Part shown: positions 53,589 through 64,000 of the stretch, piece by piece
Layout: the number at the start of each line of letters is the position of its first letter
Position numbering within the stretch: position 1 is the stretch's first letter
Source: Camelus dromedarius
Lineage: Eukaryota
Direction: 5' to 3'
Assembly (NCBI RefSeq): GCF_036321535.1
Contig: NC_087436.1
Location: forward strand, 83,516,001-83,580,000
Length of the DNA stretch: 64,000 nt
Notes under the pieces: model-generated
Told to the model about the DNA's origin: nothing
The model's input: only the letters and a program-made list of their open reading frames with translations
The model's database searches: none
Made by a program: the position numbers and the translations under genes

Positions 53589-54660
53589 CTAAAAAATGAA
53601 AGAGAAGAATTTTAAAAACCTTTACAACTACGTTACTGAAGATAATTTCTTCTACTTTATTAATATTCTAATGTATTAATCACACTGCAGGAAAATATCA
53701 ACCTTAAGCATGGAATTTAAAATGCATATAAAAATTCTTATATAGCAAAGGGCATAGTGAAGGGTAGATATCGGTATTTCTAAGGGGAACTTTCAAACCA
53801 TATACAGCCTACACCCCTCTCCTGAGTCCTTGTACAAATCTTTTGCAGGCCTACCCTTAGGATAATTATTCTATGTAATGAGAGATTATGACAGTCTATC
53901 AGGCTGCAACCTGGAGTGAAGGAAAGAAGAAATAGAAAAAGGCAGAAAAAATGTTGGAGAACCAGTGAAATTAAGAACACCAGTGTCAGAAAGTTGTTTA
54001 CTACCAACAAGCAAAATATATGCTTGTTAGTTTCTTTTGCAATCCTCTTTTGTAGGGCAAAGAATGGTCTAAAATTTTTTTAATTAGGGAAATAAATAGG
54101 AAAAACACAACATTTTAACCTCTATCTCTGGAAGCACGGACAACACAAGTGCCAAATGAATAATGAGTATGTTGGCTTCTCATATCTGAGGTCCCTCCAA
54201 CCCCAGAAATACCCTCATGCTCTCTTATTTTAGATCAGAAAGAATGTGAATATAACCAATATTCTTTTCCTAAAAATGTGCAAAAACATGTCAGAATTGC
54301 AGGAAAATTTCGAACCCTTGGGTCACCTGTATCTGTCACACGGGAAGCTTTCTCTCATCTCTAGGACTTTCTTCCTGCTTGTCCTTTCACCAAGAATGCC
54401 ATCTGTTCATCACTGGCCAATCACCACGCAAACCAAATCCCAACCTCCTTCGAGGCTGAGGTGCCCACAGAACTTCACTAACTGCCCTCAGGTCTCACTA
54501 ACCTTTCTCAACTCTGAGTTCCTGTAACTTACCACCATACAATCTACACTTGATTATCTTATCTGAAACCGTAATCTAACTTGTCTCAAGTTTCTAAGTC
54601 ATATGACCTCAACCAGATCTCCTCTTCTACCCTTTCTCTCTCTCTTCTTCATTTTTAAAC

Positions 54661-54781
54661 ATTTTATTTATTTCATTTGTTTATTTTTACTTATTTATTT
54701 TTTAATGGAGGTATTGGGGAGTGAACCCAGGACCTTGTGCACACTAAGTATGTGCTCTGCCACTGAGCTATTTCCCTCCCT
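54661..54781 (-). mobile_element. Vic-1-type tRNA-derived SINE (camelid)
   Basis: Minus strand GGGAGGGAAATAGCTCAGTGGCAGAGCACATACTTAGTGTGCACAAGGTCCTGGGTTCACTCCCCAATACCTCCATT plus A-rich tail; Pol III A and B boxes. Confidence 0.85.
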
Positions 54782-56325
54782 ACTTTCTTTATTATTATTT
54801 TTAACATTTTTACCAAAAAGTCTAGCAAAGTTTTAAACCCACTAATAAATAATGTCAGACAACACACTTTAAGATATTCCCAAGATACTGACTAACCAAG
54901 AGGCTAGGATAATGGACAATTAAAAAAAGTAATTCAGGGACAATTATGAACATAAATACTTAATAAATTCATACCACTATGAGGATTACATAAAAACAAT
55001 GTAGCAAAGAGTTACATTCAACACAAAATAAAAACCAAATAAAAGCTAGCTTTTATTAATATTGTGTACAATTTGACCAAATCTGATGATTACCAATTAA
55101 TTGTTCAGTTGTATTTCTCTGTAGAGCATTCATAAGCTCATGAAAACCAAAGGAAAATTTTTTAAGAACTATGAACTAACTATAGTTCATAGATATACTT
55201 GCCAAGAATACATCTAAAAGAAGTACTCAGATAAACAGCAAGAGACCATGAAAAGTATAAATATATAATTTTATATATTTCATAAAGGGGCTCCTTTTGC
55301 ATGTGATCTTTCATAAGAACAGACATAAAAAATCAATAGAAAAACACTGAAAAAGTAATAAGATTTCCAACTATTTAGCTAACATCTAGACTTAATTTTC
55401 CCTCAATATTAAAACTAAATAGAAGAGCAGTTGTTTGGCAATGTTTCATGGTGTTAAGATAAGGACATGACATTTTAGGTTTAGTGATAATTTTGGATTC
55501 TAAATTTGTTTCAACGATTTATGTAAAAAATATTCCAAAGTAAAAAAAAATGGTAATACACAGCTTATTCCATCTTGCCAGTTTACATTACGATAGATTG
55601 CATAACGCCGTAATAGACTTCAGATGCCAACCACATCAGCTACACTTAGAATCAAAGTGTTTTTACTGATGATTTAATTTCTACAGAAATAACATAGATA
55701 AGATTGTCATTAATCATAGACTTTAAAATATCAACTCATTACTTTTATCAAAGGAGTACAAAGAATTGAGCTTGTGCACAGAACATGAAAATACTATGTG
55801 AAGTTTATGAGAGAACAAAATTGTTACAAAAAGGAGCTTAGTAACTCTGAGATGACTAGAACTACGGAATACATACACACATTTTAAAAGGAATGCACAT
55901 TTTTAAAGGTGATTAATGATCTTCTTGAAGATGTACCTTGAAGACCGTTCATTTTCAACACAGAAATGATGACTATAAGAAAAATGAATACAGAGATAAG
56001 ATTTTAAAACCTGCCGTTTTACTGATATAATTCATTTTACTACTACTGTATTAACTTTGAGAAAAAGGAAGGCATCACTTTCTCTACTTTAGTTGGAACT
56101 GAGCTTTTTAGGAACCCAGGGTTTGGGCCTTGGCCTTGTAATGCTGGTAGAGGAGTCGTTTCATTTTTATGCCTCTAGGTGTCCTTTCAGACAGCACGGA
56201 GTTCAGTGGTGGACTCTGAGAGGGAGCCCAAAGCCCCTTTCATCACAGAACTCCCTGAGAAGTATGACACCAGTTGGCCAAGGCCAAGGATACAAGGGAC
56301 ATGCTGTTACAGTGTGGCCTTAGAG

Positions 56326-56492
56326 CAGCGGTTCTCACCCAGGGCCAATTTTGTCCGGAGACACTGTTGGTTATCATGACCAGGTAAGTGTGAGGGAATC
56401 CAGTGGGTAGAGGCCAGAGCTATGGCTGACAGACACTCTACAATGTGCTGGACAGCCTGCCATGACAAAAAGCTACCTGGTCCGAAGTGTCC
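56326..56492. mobile_element. MER20 (hAT-Charlie), internally deleted
   Basis: cagcggttctca...ccaattttgtccggagacac...tccagtgggtagaggccag...acaatg...ggacagcc. Confidence 0.8.
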
Positions 56493-57264
56493 TGCAGAGG
56501 GAATGGGGAGAGGAAATCGCCATGCAGGCAGCGCCTCTCTCCATGCACTTCTCTTCCGGCTCCATCTTCCCTTTCTGCCATTGGCTTGTTAAGACAGAAG
56601 GGGCCAAGATCAGCTCTGAGCTTAGCAGGGATGGGTCAAGGAGGCCACACAGGCCTGCCTTGTCTACACAAGGGGCGCTAGTGACTCTGAGGTTCAGCCC
56701 AGCTCTGTGGGGCAGGCACTTACAGAAATAAAGATAAAAGCCTTAATTGAGACAAACAGAGTGAATGTGCTTGCAGAGATCCACCTGCCGCCTCCTCACA
56801 CGGCGTGGCTACTGTGGGGAACTGGCCAAGGGTTTGGGACACTGGCTGGGGTGGACAGCTCTCTCTTTCCACTGGAGATATCCAGTAGCTCACACCACAC
56901 TGTGCTCCTTCATTTTAGTGATTTCTTTGAGATAACTTTTGTACTTGAAGGCGAAAACTGTGAAAGCCCTCAAACCATCTACGAAAAACATTTTGCTGAG
57001 AATTCTACCATTGAGCTGTTTGAGATAAAGATCTAGGCACATGCGGTGTGATTTATGTGTACAACTAAAATACAAACAACTCTAGGAATCTTAAAGAAAG
57101 CACATTCCATGCATGTATTTGCAGGTATGAAATAGTCTTAAGGAGTAATGTGAGCTGCCTTAGTATTTGAGATGCCAGAGGAGTACAAACAAAAGAAAAA
57201 TCTGAAAATGTAAAATTAAGATATATTCTCTTAGATGCCATGGCTGTTACTGGTATAAACAAAC

Positions 57265-57495
57265 ACTAAGTGAGCAATGACTCTGTGCTAGGCACACTGC
57301 CGAGAGATTTACATAAATTAACCCATTTAATTCTCACAACAACCCAAAGAGGCAAGGGATTTTATTACCACCATTTCACAGCTGGGGAAACTGAGGCACA
57401 GTTGGAGTTACCTGTCCAGGGAGGAAGTGGCAAAGCCACAGCTACAACCCAGACAGCTGGGTGTCAGGACTGTGCTCACCACCACTCTCTTACGT
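57265..57495 (-). repeat. MIR (source of the local duplication at 60619-60752)
   Basis: ctctgtgctaggcac...catttaattctcacaacaacc...cacagctggggaaactgaggcacag. Confidence 0.85.
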
Positions 57496-57974
57496 AGTCA
57501 TATGTTAAACACGAGAACTGCAAGAAGAAAGGGCATTTTTGGATAAAAGCCACTTTATATCCGATAATGCAACCCATTTTCTTCTTTTTTAGGGGGCATT
57601 AGTAGTTAAAACTTTCCTTAAGTTTATCCCTCTGGAACCCACTGAACCATTCTAGAAATACAGTCTTTGGAAGAATAATCAGATATGAAGAAATGACGTG
57701 GAAAATGTGTTCATTAGATTTTTATTTTTAACAGGCCAAAATATAACCATTCTAAATCACCAAATTACTATAACAGATAATTGCTACATCTAGATAGTGA
57801 AAGATTATTCAGCCATTAAAATATCTACAAAGTTTTTAATGAGACTGTGAAATAATTTTGTTATGATATATAAAACGGTGTGAGCTCAGTTAGCAAATGA
57901 AAATGCATAGAGATAGTTATGTATCTCCAGTAAGGCTTGGAGCATCAGCATGCTTAAAATATACAAGAAGAGAT

Positions 57975-58102
57975 TTCAAAAAGAATATGAAAACGAATAT
58001 ATGTATGTTCATGTATGAATGAAGAACTAGCTGTACAACAGAAATTGACACAATATTGTAAACTGACTAACTTAAATAAAAAATATACATATACAAAAAA
58101 AA
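57975..58102 (+). mobile_element. Short young L1 3' tail
   Basis: aaaaagaatatgaaaacgaatatatgtatgttcatgtatg...cagaaattgacaca...gtaaactgact plus A-tail. Confidence 0.75.
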
Positions 58103-59297
58103 GAAATAGATGCATTCCTAGAAAAAAAGGAGTAAATTTCAGAGGCCAAAAAACAAATTTTGCCATAGTCAGCACTACAAATGTTTTAAGATGATCTCAT
58201 CTTTAAAAACTGAACAAAGAATCTAGCACCAAAAAAACCTCTGTGATATTAGGGTCTGATTTACCCTGATACACTGATGTGACTAAAAATAAAAGACATA
58301 GGAAAAACGAATTAGTGCCTTAACCTAATATTTATCCATATTAATTTGTCACTGAGGGTACAACAGTGTCCGCAGTCCCATGAGCGAGTGTGGGGCAGGA
58401 ACTGTCTGCCCTGCAGGGCTGAAACGAGGGAAAGGCAGGTGAATCAGAAGCAGTTTACTGGATGGGACCTGTCTCTGCAGTTCATAGCTCCCTTTCCTTT
58501 GTGTAGGGGAAGAGTGTTTCCTGATTATTTTAAGTTTCTTCCCAGAAAAGCGATGTGCATGTGAGTCAACTGCAGGAAAACTTACAATGTAGCACACTAT
58601 TATGAAATAATATTAGCAATACATAATGTTTAAAAGTTTAGCATAATAAACTTTAATGTCTGGAGTCACCCTAAGCACTGGTCAGTTACAAAAATTTTAA
58701 GTCTGCTCTTTCCATCATCAAGTACTTTGAAGATTAGAACAGGGCAGAGAAGTACATTCAAGGCTCAGAGATAAAAGAAGATTGTGAAAAAAAAGGATGA
58801 AAGCAGAAAAGTTCATTTTTAACATTAAGACTTTCTAAATAAAGTTCATTACACGTCTTTAATATCCTTGACTTTTTCTGTCCTCCACTTGTCATTTGTA
58901 TGAAGGAGGACAAAGCCTCTTGCTTTTCCCTCACACTCATTAAACTCATCATCTTCCTAAGAAGAAACCCAAAGTAACTACCAGAAAGGACATGCTTAGC
59001 TCTGATTCTTTTTTTTTTTAAAGATAAGAATATCTAGCTTAAAAAATTTTTAAAAATCCCTATATTAGCAAAAAGAAAAAAAAAACTTTGTTTTTGTGCA
59101 AAAAAGTTAAACTTTTGCTTTTCAAAACTGGAGTTTGCTTACTAAATGGCAGCAATTTTCCTTATAATTTGATCTCTTATGTGTCAGCTATAGTGTGAAC
59201 TAATTAATATTCCAGGGTTTTTTGTTGTTGTTCTTAGTCAACCAATTTAAGAAATGATAAATTTTATTACCAAGATTATAATCTTTTTTAAAAAGCT

Positions 59298-60623
59298 AAA
59301 TTATAATTGATTTACAATATTGTGTCAGTTTCAGGTGTATAGCAAAATGATTCAATTTTATATATATGTGTGTGTATATGTACATATATATATTCTTTTT
59401 CATTATAGGTTATTACAAGAAACTGAGTATAGTTCCCTGTGCTATACCATAGGTCTTTGTTGTTTATCTGTCTTACATATAGTAGTGTATACATGATAAT
59501 ACCAAACTCCTAATTTATCCCTCCTCCACCCTTTTCCCTTTTGGTAACCATAAGTTTGTTTTCTATGTCTGTGAGTCTATTTCTTCACAGTCTTATTTCG
59601 TAAATAAGTTCATTTGTATCATTTTTTTAGATTCTACATATAAGTGATATCATATATTTGTCTTTCTCTGTCTGACTTCACTTAGTATGATAATCTCTAG
59701 GTTCTTCCATGTTGCTGCAAATGGCATTATTTCATTATTTTTTTATGGCTAAGTAGTATTTCATTGTGTATGTATGTATATATTTATACGCACACTACTT
59801 CTTCTTTACCCATTAATCTGTTGATGCACGTTTAGGTTGCTTGTATGTCTTGGCTATTGTAAATAGTGCTGCAATGAAAAATGGGGTGGATGTATCTTTT
59901 CAAATTTAGTTTTCTCCAGATATATGTCTAGGAGTGGGATTCTGGGTGAAATGGTAAGTCCATCTTCAGTTTTTAAAAAGGAACCTCCATACACTGTTCT
60001 CAATAGTGGCTGCACCAATTTGCATTCCCACCAACAGTGTAGGAGGGTTCCTTTATCTTCACACTCTTTCTAGCATTAATTATTTGTAGACTTTTGGTGA
60101 TGGCCATTCTGAGTGGTGTGAAGTGATACCTCATTGTAGATTCGATTTGCATTTCTCTAATAGTTAGTGATGCTGACTGTGCCTGTTGGCTATCTGTATG
60201 TCTTCTTTGGAGAAATGTCTATTTATATCTTCTGCCCATTTTTTGACTGGGTTGTTTGTTTTTCTGTAATTGAGCTATATGAGCTATTTGTATATTTTGA
60301 AAATTAATCCCCTGTCAGCACATCATTTTCAAATATTTTCCCCCATTCTATAGGTTGTCTTTTAGGGGGTAGGGGGAGAGGTAATTTATTAACTTTAGAG
60401 GAGGTACCAGGGATTGAACCCATGACCTCCTGCATGCTAAGTATGCGCTCTACCACTTAAGCTATACCCTCACTCCAGGTTGTCTTTTTGTTTTGTTTAT
60501 GGTGTCTTTTTGCTGTGTAAAAGCTCTTAAGTTTAATTAAGTCTCATTTGTTTATTTTTGTTTTTATTTCCATTACCCTAAGAGATGGACCCCAAAAAAT
60601 ACTGTTGTGATTTAAGTCAGAGA
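59298..60623 (-). mobile_element. 5'-truncated lineage L1 containing a nested SINE and a complex 5' junction
   Basis: Complete 3' UTR (ataattgatttacaatattgtg...) and ORF2 C-terminus. Confidence 0.92.
60364..60476 (-). mobile_element. Vic-1-type tRNA-derived SINE inserted in L1, 12-bp perfect TSD
   Basis: Minus strand GAGGGTATAGCTTAAGTGGTAGAGCGCATACTTAGCATGCAGGAGGTCATGGGTTCAATCCCTGGTACCTCC; TSD aggttgtctttt at 60352-60363 and 60477-60488. Confidence 0.9.
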
Positions 60624-61184
60624 TTTACATAAATTAACCCATTTAATTCTCACAACAACACAAAGAGGCAGGGGATTTTATTACTACTATTTCACAGCTG
60701 GAGAAACTGAGGCACAGTTGGAGTTACCTGTCCAGTGAAGAAGTGGGAGAGCTCTTGGTCCCAGTGCACGTGATATTTTGTGTGTGCCATTTAAGAGTGA
60801 AATCTCTATTTCCCCCAGAAATTATAGCCGCTCCACAGGACTGGGGGAAATAGAGATGTCATTTTTCTGAGAAAACTATCAACATGTTTTAGGGAATTTT
60901 ATGGGGTTAGTTTCTGCACATACCTTTCTCTCTTTTTTTTTTTTTTCTGTAAAACTGGATCAATGTTAAAGTTATAACTAATTAAAATCTCACCCTGATC
61001 TAAATTTTAGAGTAAATCTGTACTTTAGGATACAATTGTTTTACCTTAGTTTGTTAGAAAAATTACTCGCATGTGAAAAGTCAAAAATTTCACAAATGAA
61101 AAAGAGTTCATCTTGAAATATAAGAGATCAGATTGATTACAGATTCACAGTGTGGCCCAAACAAGTAACAAACCTCTTAGCACA

Positions 61185-63165
61185 CTGATGAAAAATTGAA
61201 GCAAATACAAGTAAAAGGAAAGATATGCTCATGGGTAGGAAGAATTAATATTGTTAAAATATCCATAATACCCAAGGCAATGTACAGATCCAATGCAATC
61301 TATATCAAAATTTCAATGACATATTTCACAGAAATAGAAAAAAAAATCCTAAAATGTGTATGAAACCACAAAGACCCTGAAACAGCCAAAGCAATCTTGA
61401 GAAAGAAGAACAAAGCTGGAGGCATCACACTTTCTGATCTCAAATTATATTATAAAACCACAGTAATCAAAACAATATATTATCGGCATAAAAACAGACA
61501 CATAGATCAATGGAACAGAAAAGAAAGCTCAGAAATAAACTCATTTTTACCTGGTCAATTAATTTCTGACAAAGGACACAAGAATATACAATGGGAATAG
61601 AACAGTATCTTAAATAAACAGTGTTGGGAAAACTGGACAACCACATGGAAAAGAATGACACTGGACCACTATCTTACACCATACACAAAAATAAATTCAA
61701 AACAGATCAGAGACTTGAACGTAAGACCTGAAACCATAAAACTCCTTGAAGAAAACATTAGCGGTAAGCTGCTTTCCATCAGTCTTAAAAATCATTTTTG
61801 GATTTGACACCAAAAGCAAAGGCAACAGAAGCAAAAATAGACAAGTAGGACTACATCAAACTAAAAAACTTCTGTACAGCACAGGAAATCTATAAAATGA
61901 AAAGGTAACCTACTGAATAGGAAAAAATATTTGCAAATCATGTAACTGATAAAGGGTGAATATCCAAAATATATAAAAATCCAGTTAGAAAATGAGCAGA
62001 GGAACTGAACTTTTCCACAGACAGACAGATGGCCAACAGGTATATGGAAAGGTACTCAACTGATCATCAAGGAAATAAAAATCAAAACTGCAAGTGAGCT
62101 ATCACGTCATATCATATTGCCAAAAGACAAGAAATAATTGTTGCCAAGGATGTGGAGAAAAGGGAACCCTCGTGCACTGTTGGGGAAATGTAAATTGGTG
62201 CAGCCATTATGGAAAACATTACGGAGGTTCCTCAAAAAATTAAAAATAGAACTACCGTAGGATCCAGCAATTCCACTGCTGGATATTTATCCAAAGAAAA
62301 TGAAATCACGATCTTAAAAAAGATACCTGCAAACCCACGTTCATTGTAGCATTATTTACAATGGTTAAAACATGGAAACAGAAGTGTCCACGGACAGAAA
62401 AATGCATAAATAAAATGATTATATATACACACATATAAGCACACACAACGAAATGTTATTCAGCCATAAAAAAGGAAGTCCTGTTGGTGCAGATGGATTG
62501 ACCTTGAAAATATCATGCTAAGTGAAATAAGTCAGAGAAAGACAAATACTGCATGATCTCATTTACATGCGGAATCTTAAAAAAACAATGAATCCATAAG
62601 ATATAGAGAACAGACCGGTAGTTGCCAGAGGCAGAGGGTAGGAGGTGGGCAAATTAGGTAAAATGGGTGAAGTGGTCAAAATTAGAAACTTCCAGGTATA
62701 CAATAAGTCCCAAGGCTGTAATGTACAGCCTGGTGACTATAGTTAACAATACTGTGTTGTATGTTTGAATGGTGCTAAAAAAGGTAGATCCTAAAAGTTC
62801 TCATCAGAAATTTAAAAAAAAATGTAACTATGTATGGTGATGGACATTAACTAAATTTACTGTGGTAATCATTTCACAACATACAAGTTATCCCTTGAAC
62901 AACATGGGGTCAGGAATGCCAATGAAAATTTGTATTTAACTTTATAGGGTGCGCTCCATATCTGTGGTTCCACGTTGGTGATTCAATCCATCGTGGATTA
63001 TGTGGTCCTGTACCATGTACTTGGAAAAAAAGATCCACACATAAGTGACCCAAGCAGTTCAAATCTGTGTTGTTCAAGGGTCAACTGCATATATCTCAAA
63101 TCATTATGTTGCACACCTAAAATGAATACAATATTATATGTCAATTATATCTCAATAATAAAAAG
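61185..63165 (+). mobile_element. L1MA9-like 3' 2 kb (ORF2 C-terminal half and 3' UTR)
   Basis: ORF 61397..61600 ([24 protein letters not shown]...RHIDQWNR); ends tatgtcaattatatctcaataataaaa. Confidence 0.93.
62884..63087. mobile_element. Tigger2a/MER8-type TcMar MITE nested in the L1 3' UTR
   Basis: TIRs caagttatcccttgaacaac / gttgttcaagggtcaactg, inserted at a TA; L1 sequence resumes on both sides. Confidence 0.85.
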
Positions 63166-64000
63166 ATAGAGCGAGATACCAGCTTAGGTTTGTGGGTCTC
63201 TCCAGTTTGGTTCAGATGCTGGAGTAGACAAGCAGTGAGTAGCCTGCTGGTTTTAGAGACGGTTGGGATTTAAGGCAGCAGATATTAGCTTCTTTATTCC
63301 TGTATTGTCATTGCTTGTTCAGCCTCATGAGACTGAGTGATGCCCAAGAGTATGTCTTTGTTATTGTTGTCTCCTCTGCCTATAACTCTTTGGCATAAAA
63401 GGTGATTAATGAGCATTCAATATCATATTTTCTTTATGAAAACATTTATAAATTACTTTGTTGGCTATTCTCCCTCCTCAAAACATAGAGCTGATGAAAT
63501 CAGATTTACTTATAAATTATGTATTATAAAACTATGATCAGTTTTCCCCTACAAGTTCTTTATATTTAAATGCAACAAAATAAAATTTTCAGAAAGTAAT
63601 TATATTCCCTTTTCTGAGAACTAATCACGAGTTCATCAAAGTACTATTCAGACGTGAAAACGTCTTTTGGTAACATCATGAGTGAGTTCTTAAAAAGATT
63701 ATCTTACTCTTCAAAGCATAGCTATGAGGGGTTAGTGTAACACACTCTAGGTTTCTCCAAAAATCAGAGTTAACTCCTCGTGGAAAGAGAAGTTATTCAC
63801 AGGCTTCTGGGCTGTAAGACTTCACACAGCTGAACTTCTTCCTCTGGAAAACTCTTAGAAATCATTATTTCTTCTATGTCTGTGAACAGTACGACTACAC
63901 TACCTGGTGATCTGTTTGCATTTCTATCCTAAGTCCATAAATAAAGGTATAGCTTTCAGGGGAAGGAAAAGCTGCTCTCACATCAAAAACAGCGAAGGGA

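Larger units (their letters stand above)
1..64000 (-). other. FAM13A: Window lies within the FAM13A transcription unit (introns plus 3 exons); flanking exons are outside the window
   Basis: Three exons with canonical splice sites translate to peptides matching the recalled human FAM13A sequence in the right order and phase. The neighbouring exons (EVYYKN... upstream, AHVPQVS... downstream) were not found in the window. Confidence 0.9.

Noticed and set aside
54700..54781. tRNA-like sequence (also 60400-60476)
   Set aside because: SINE heads with A-rich tails or TSD and disrupted cloverleaf; not tRNA genes
1..64000. CRISPR array, prokaryotic operon, viral insertion, NUMT or processed pseudogene
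   Set aside because: No regularly spaced repeats, dense long ORFs or recognisable retrocopy seen; a short or very decayed one could be missed without a database search

Overview
Mammalian genomic DNA, AT-rich and repeat-dense. Two tRNA-derived SINEs of the Vic-1 type suggest a camelid (Camelus/Lama/Vicugna). The whole window appears to lie inside FAM13A on the minus strand. Three coding pieces can be read directly: the last long-isoform-specific exon (53425-53588, IPKSRSEGSIQ...KLLS), the first exon of the short RhoGAP-less isoform (ATG at 28000, MACEIMPLQ) with its GC-rich internal promoter, and the shared 42-nt exon (14202-14243, SSQEDERPMSPFYL). Both upstream exons end in phase 2 and splice in frame to it. 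The rest is intron filled with L1, L2, MIR, MLT1, MER5/MER20/MER53, Tigger2 and microsatellites; the other ORFs in the track are repeat-derived or spurious. Family and orthology calls come from recalled consensus and protein sequences, not database searches. I found no convincing new gene system. The best candidates for follow-up are: (i) an AUG-UAG start-stop element in frame with a stop-free 75-codon leader and the short-isoform AUG; (ii) an overlapping double DR1 and a cluster of three HRE cores at the internal promoter; (iii) a complex L1 5' junction that carries a ~134-bp copy of local DNA from 3.3 kb away plus a fold-back L1 5'UTR fragment.
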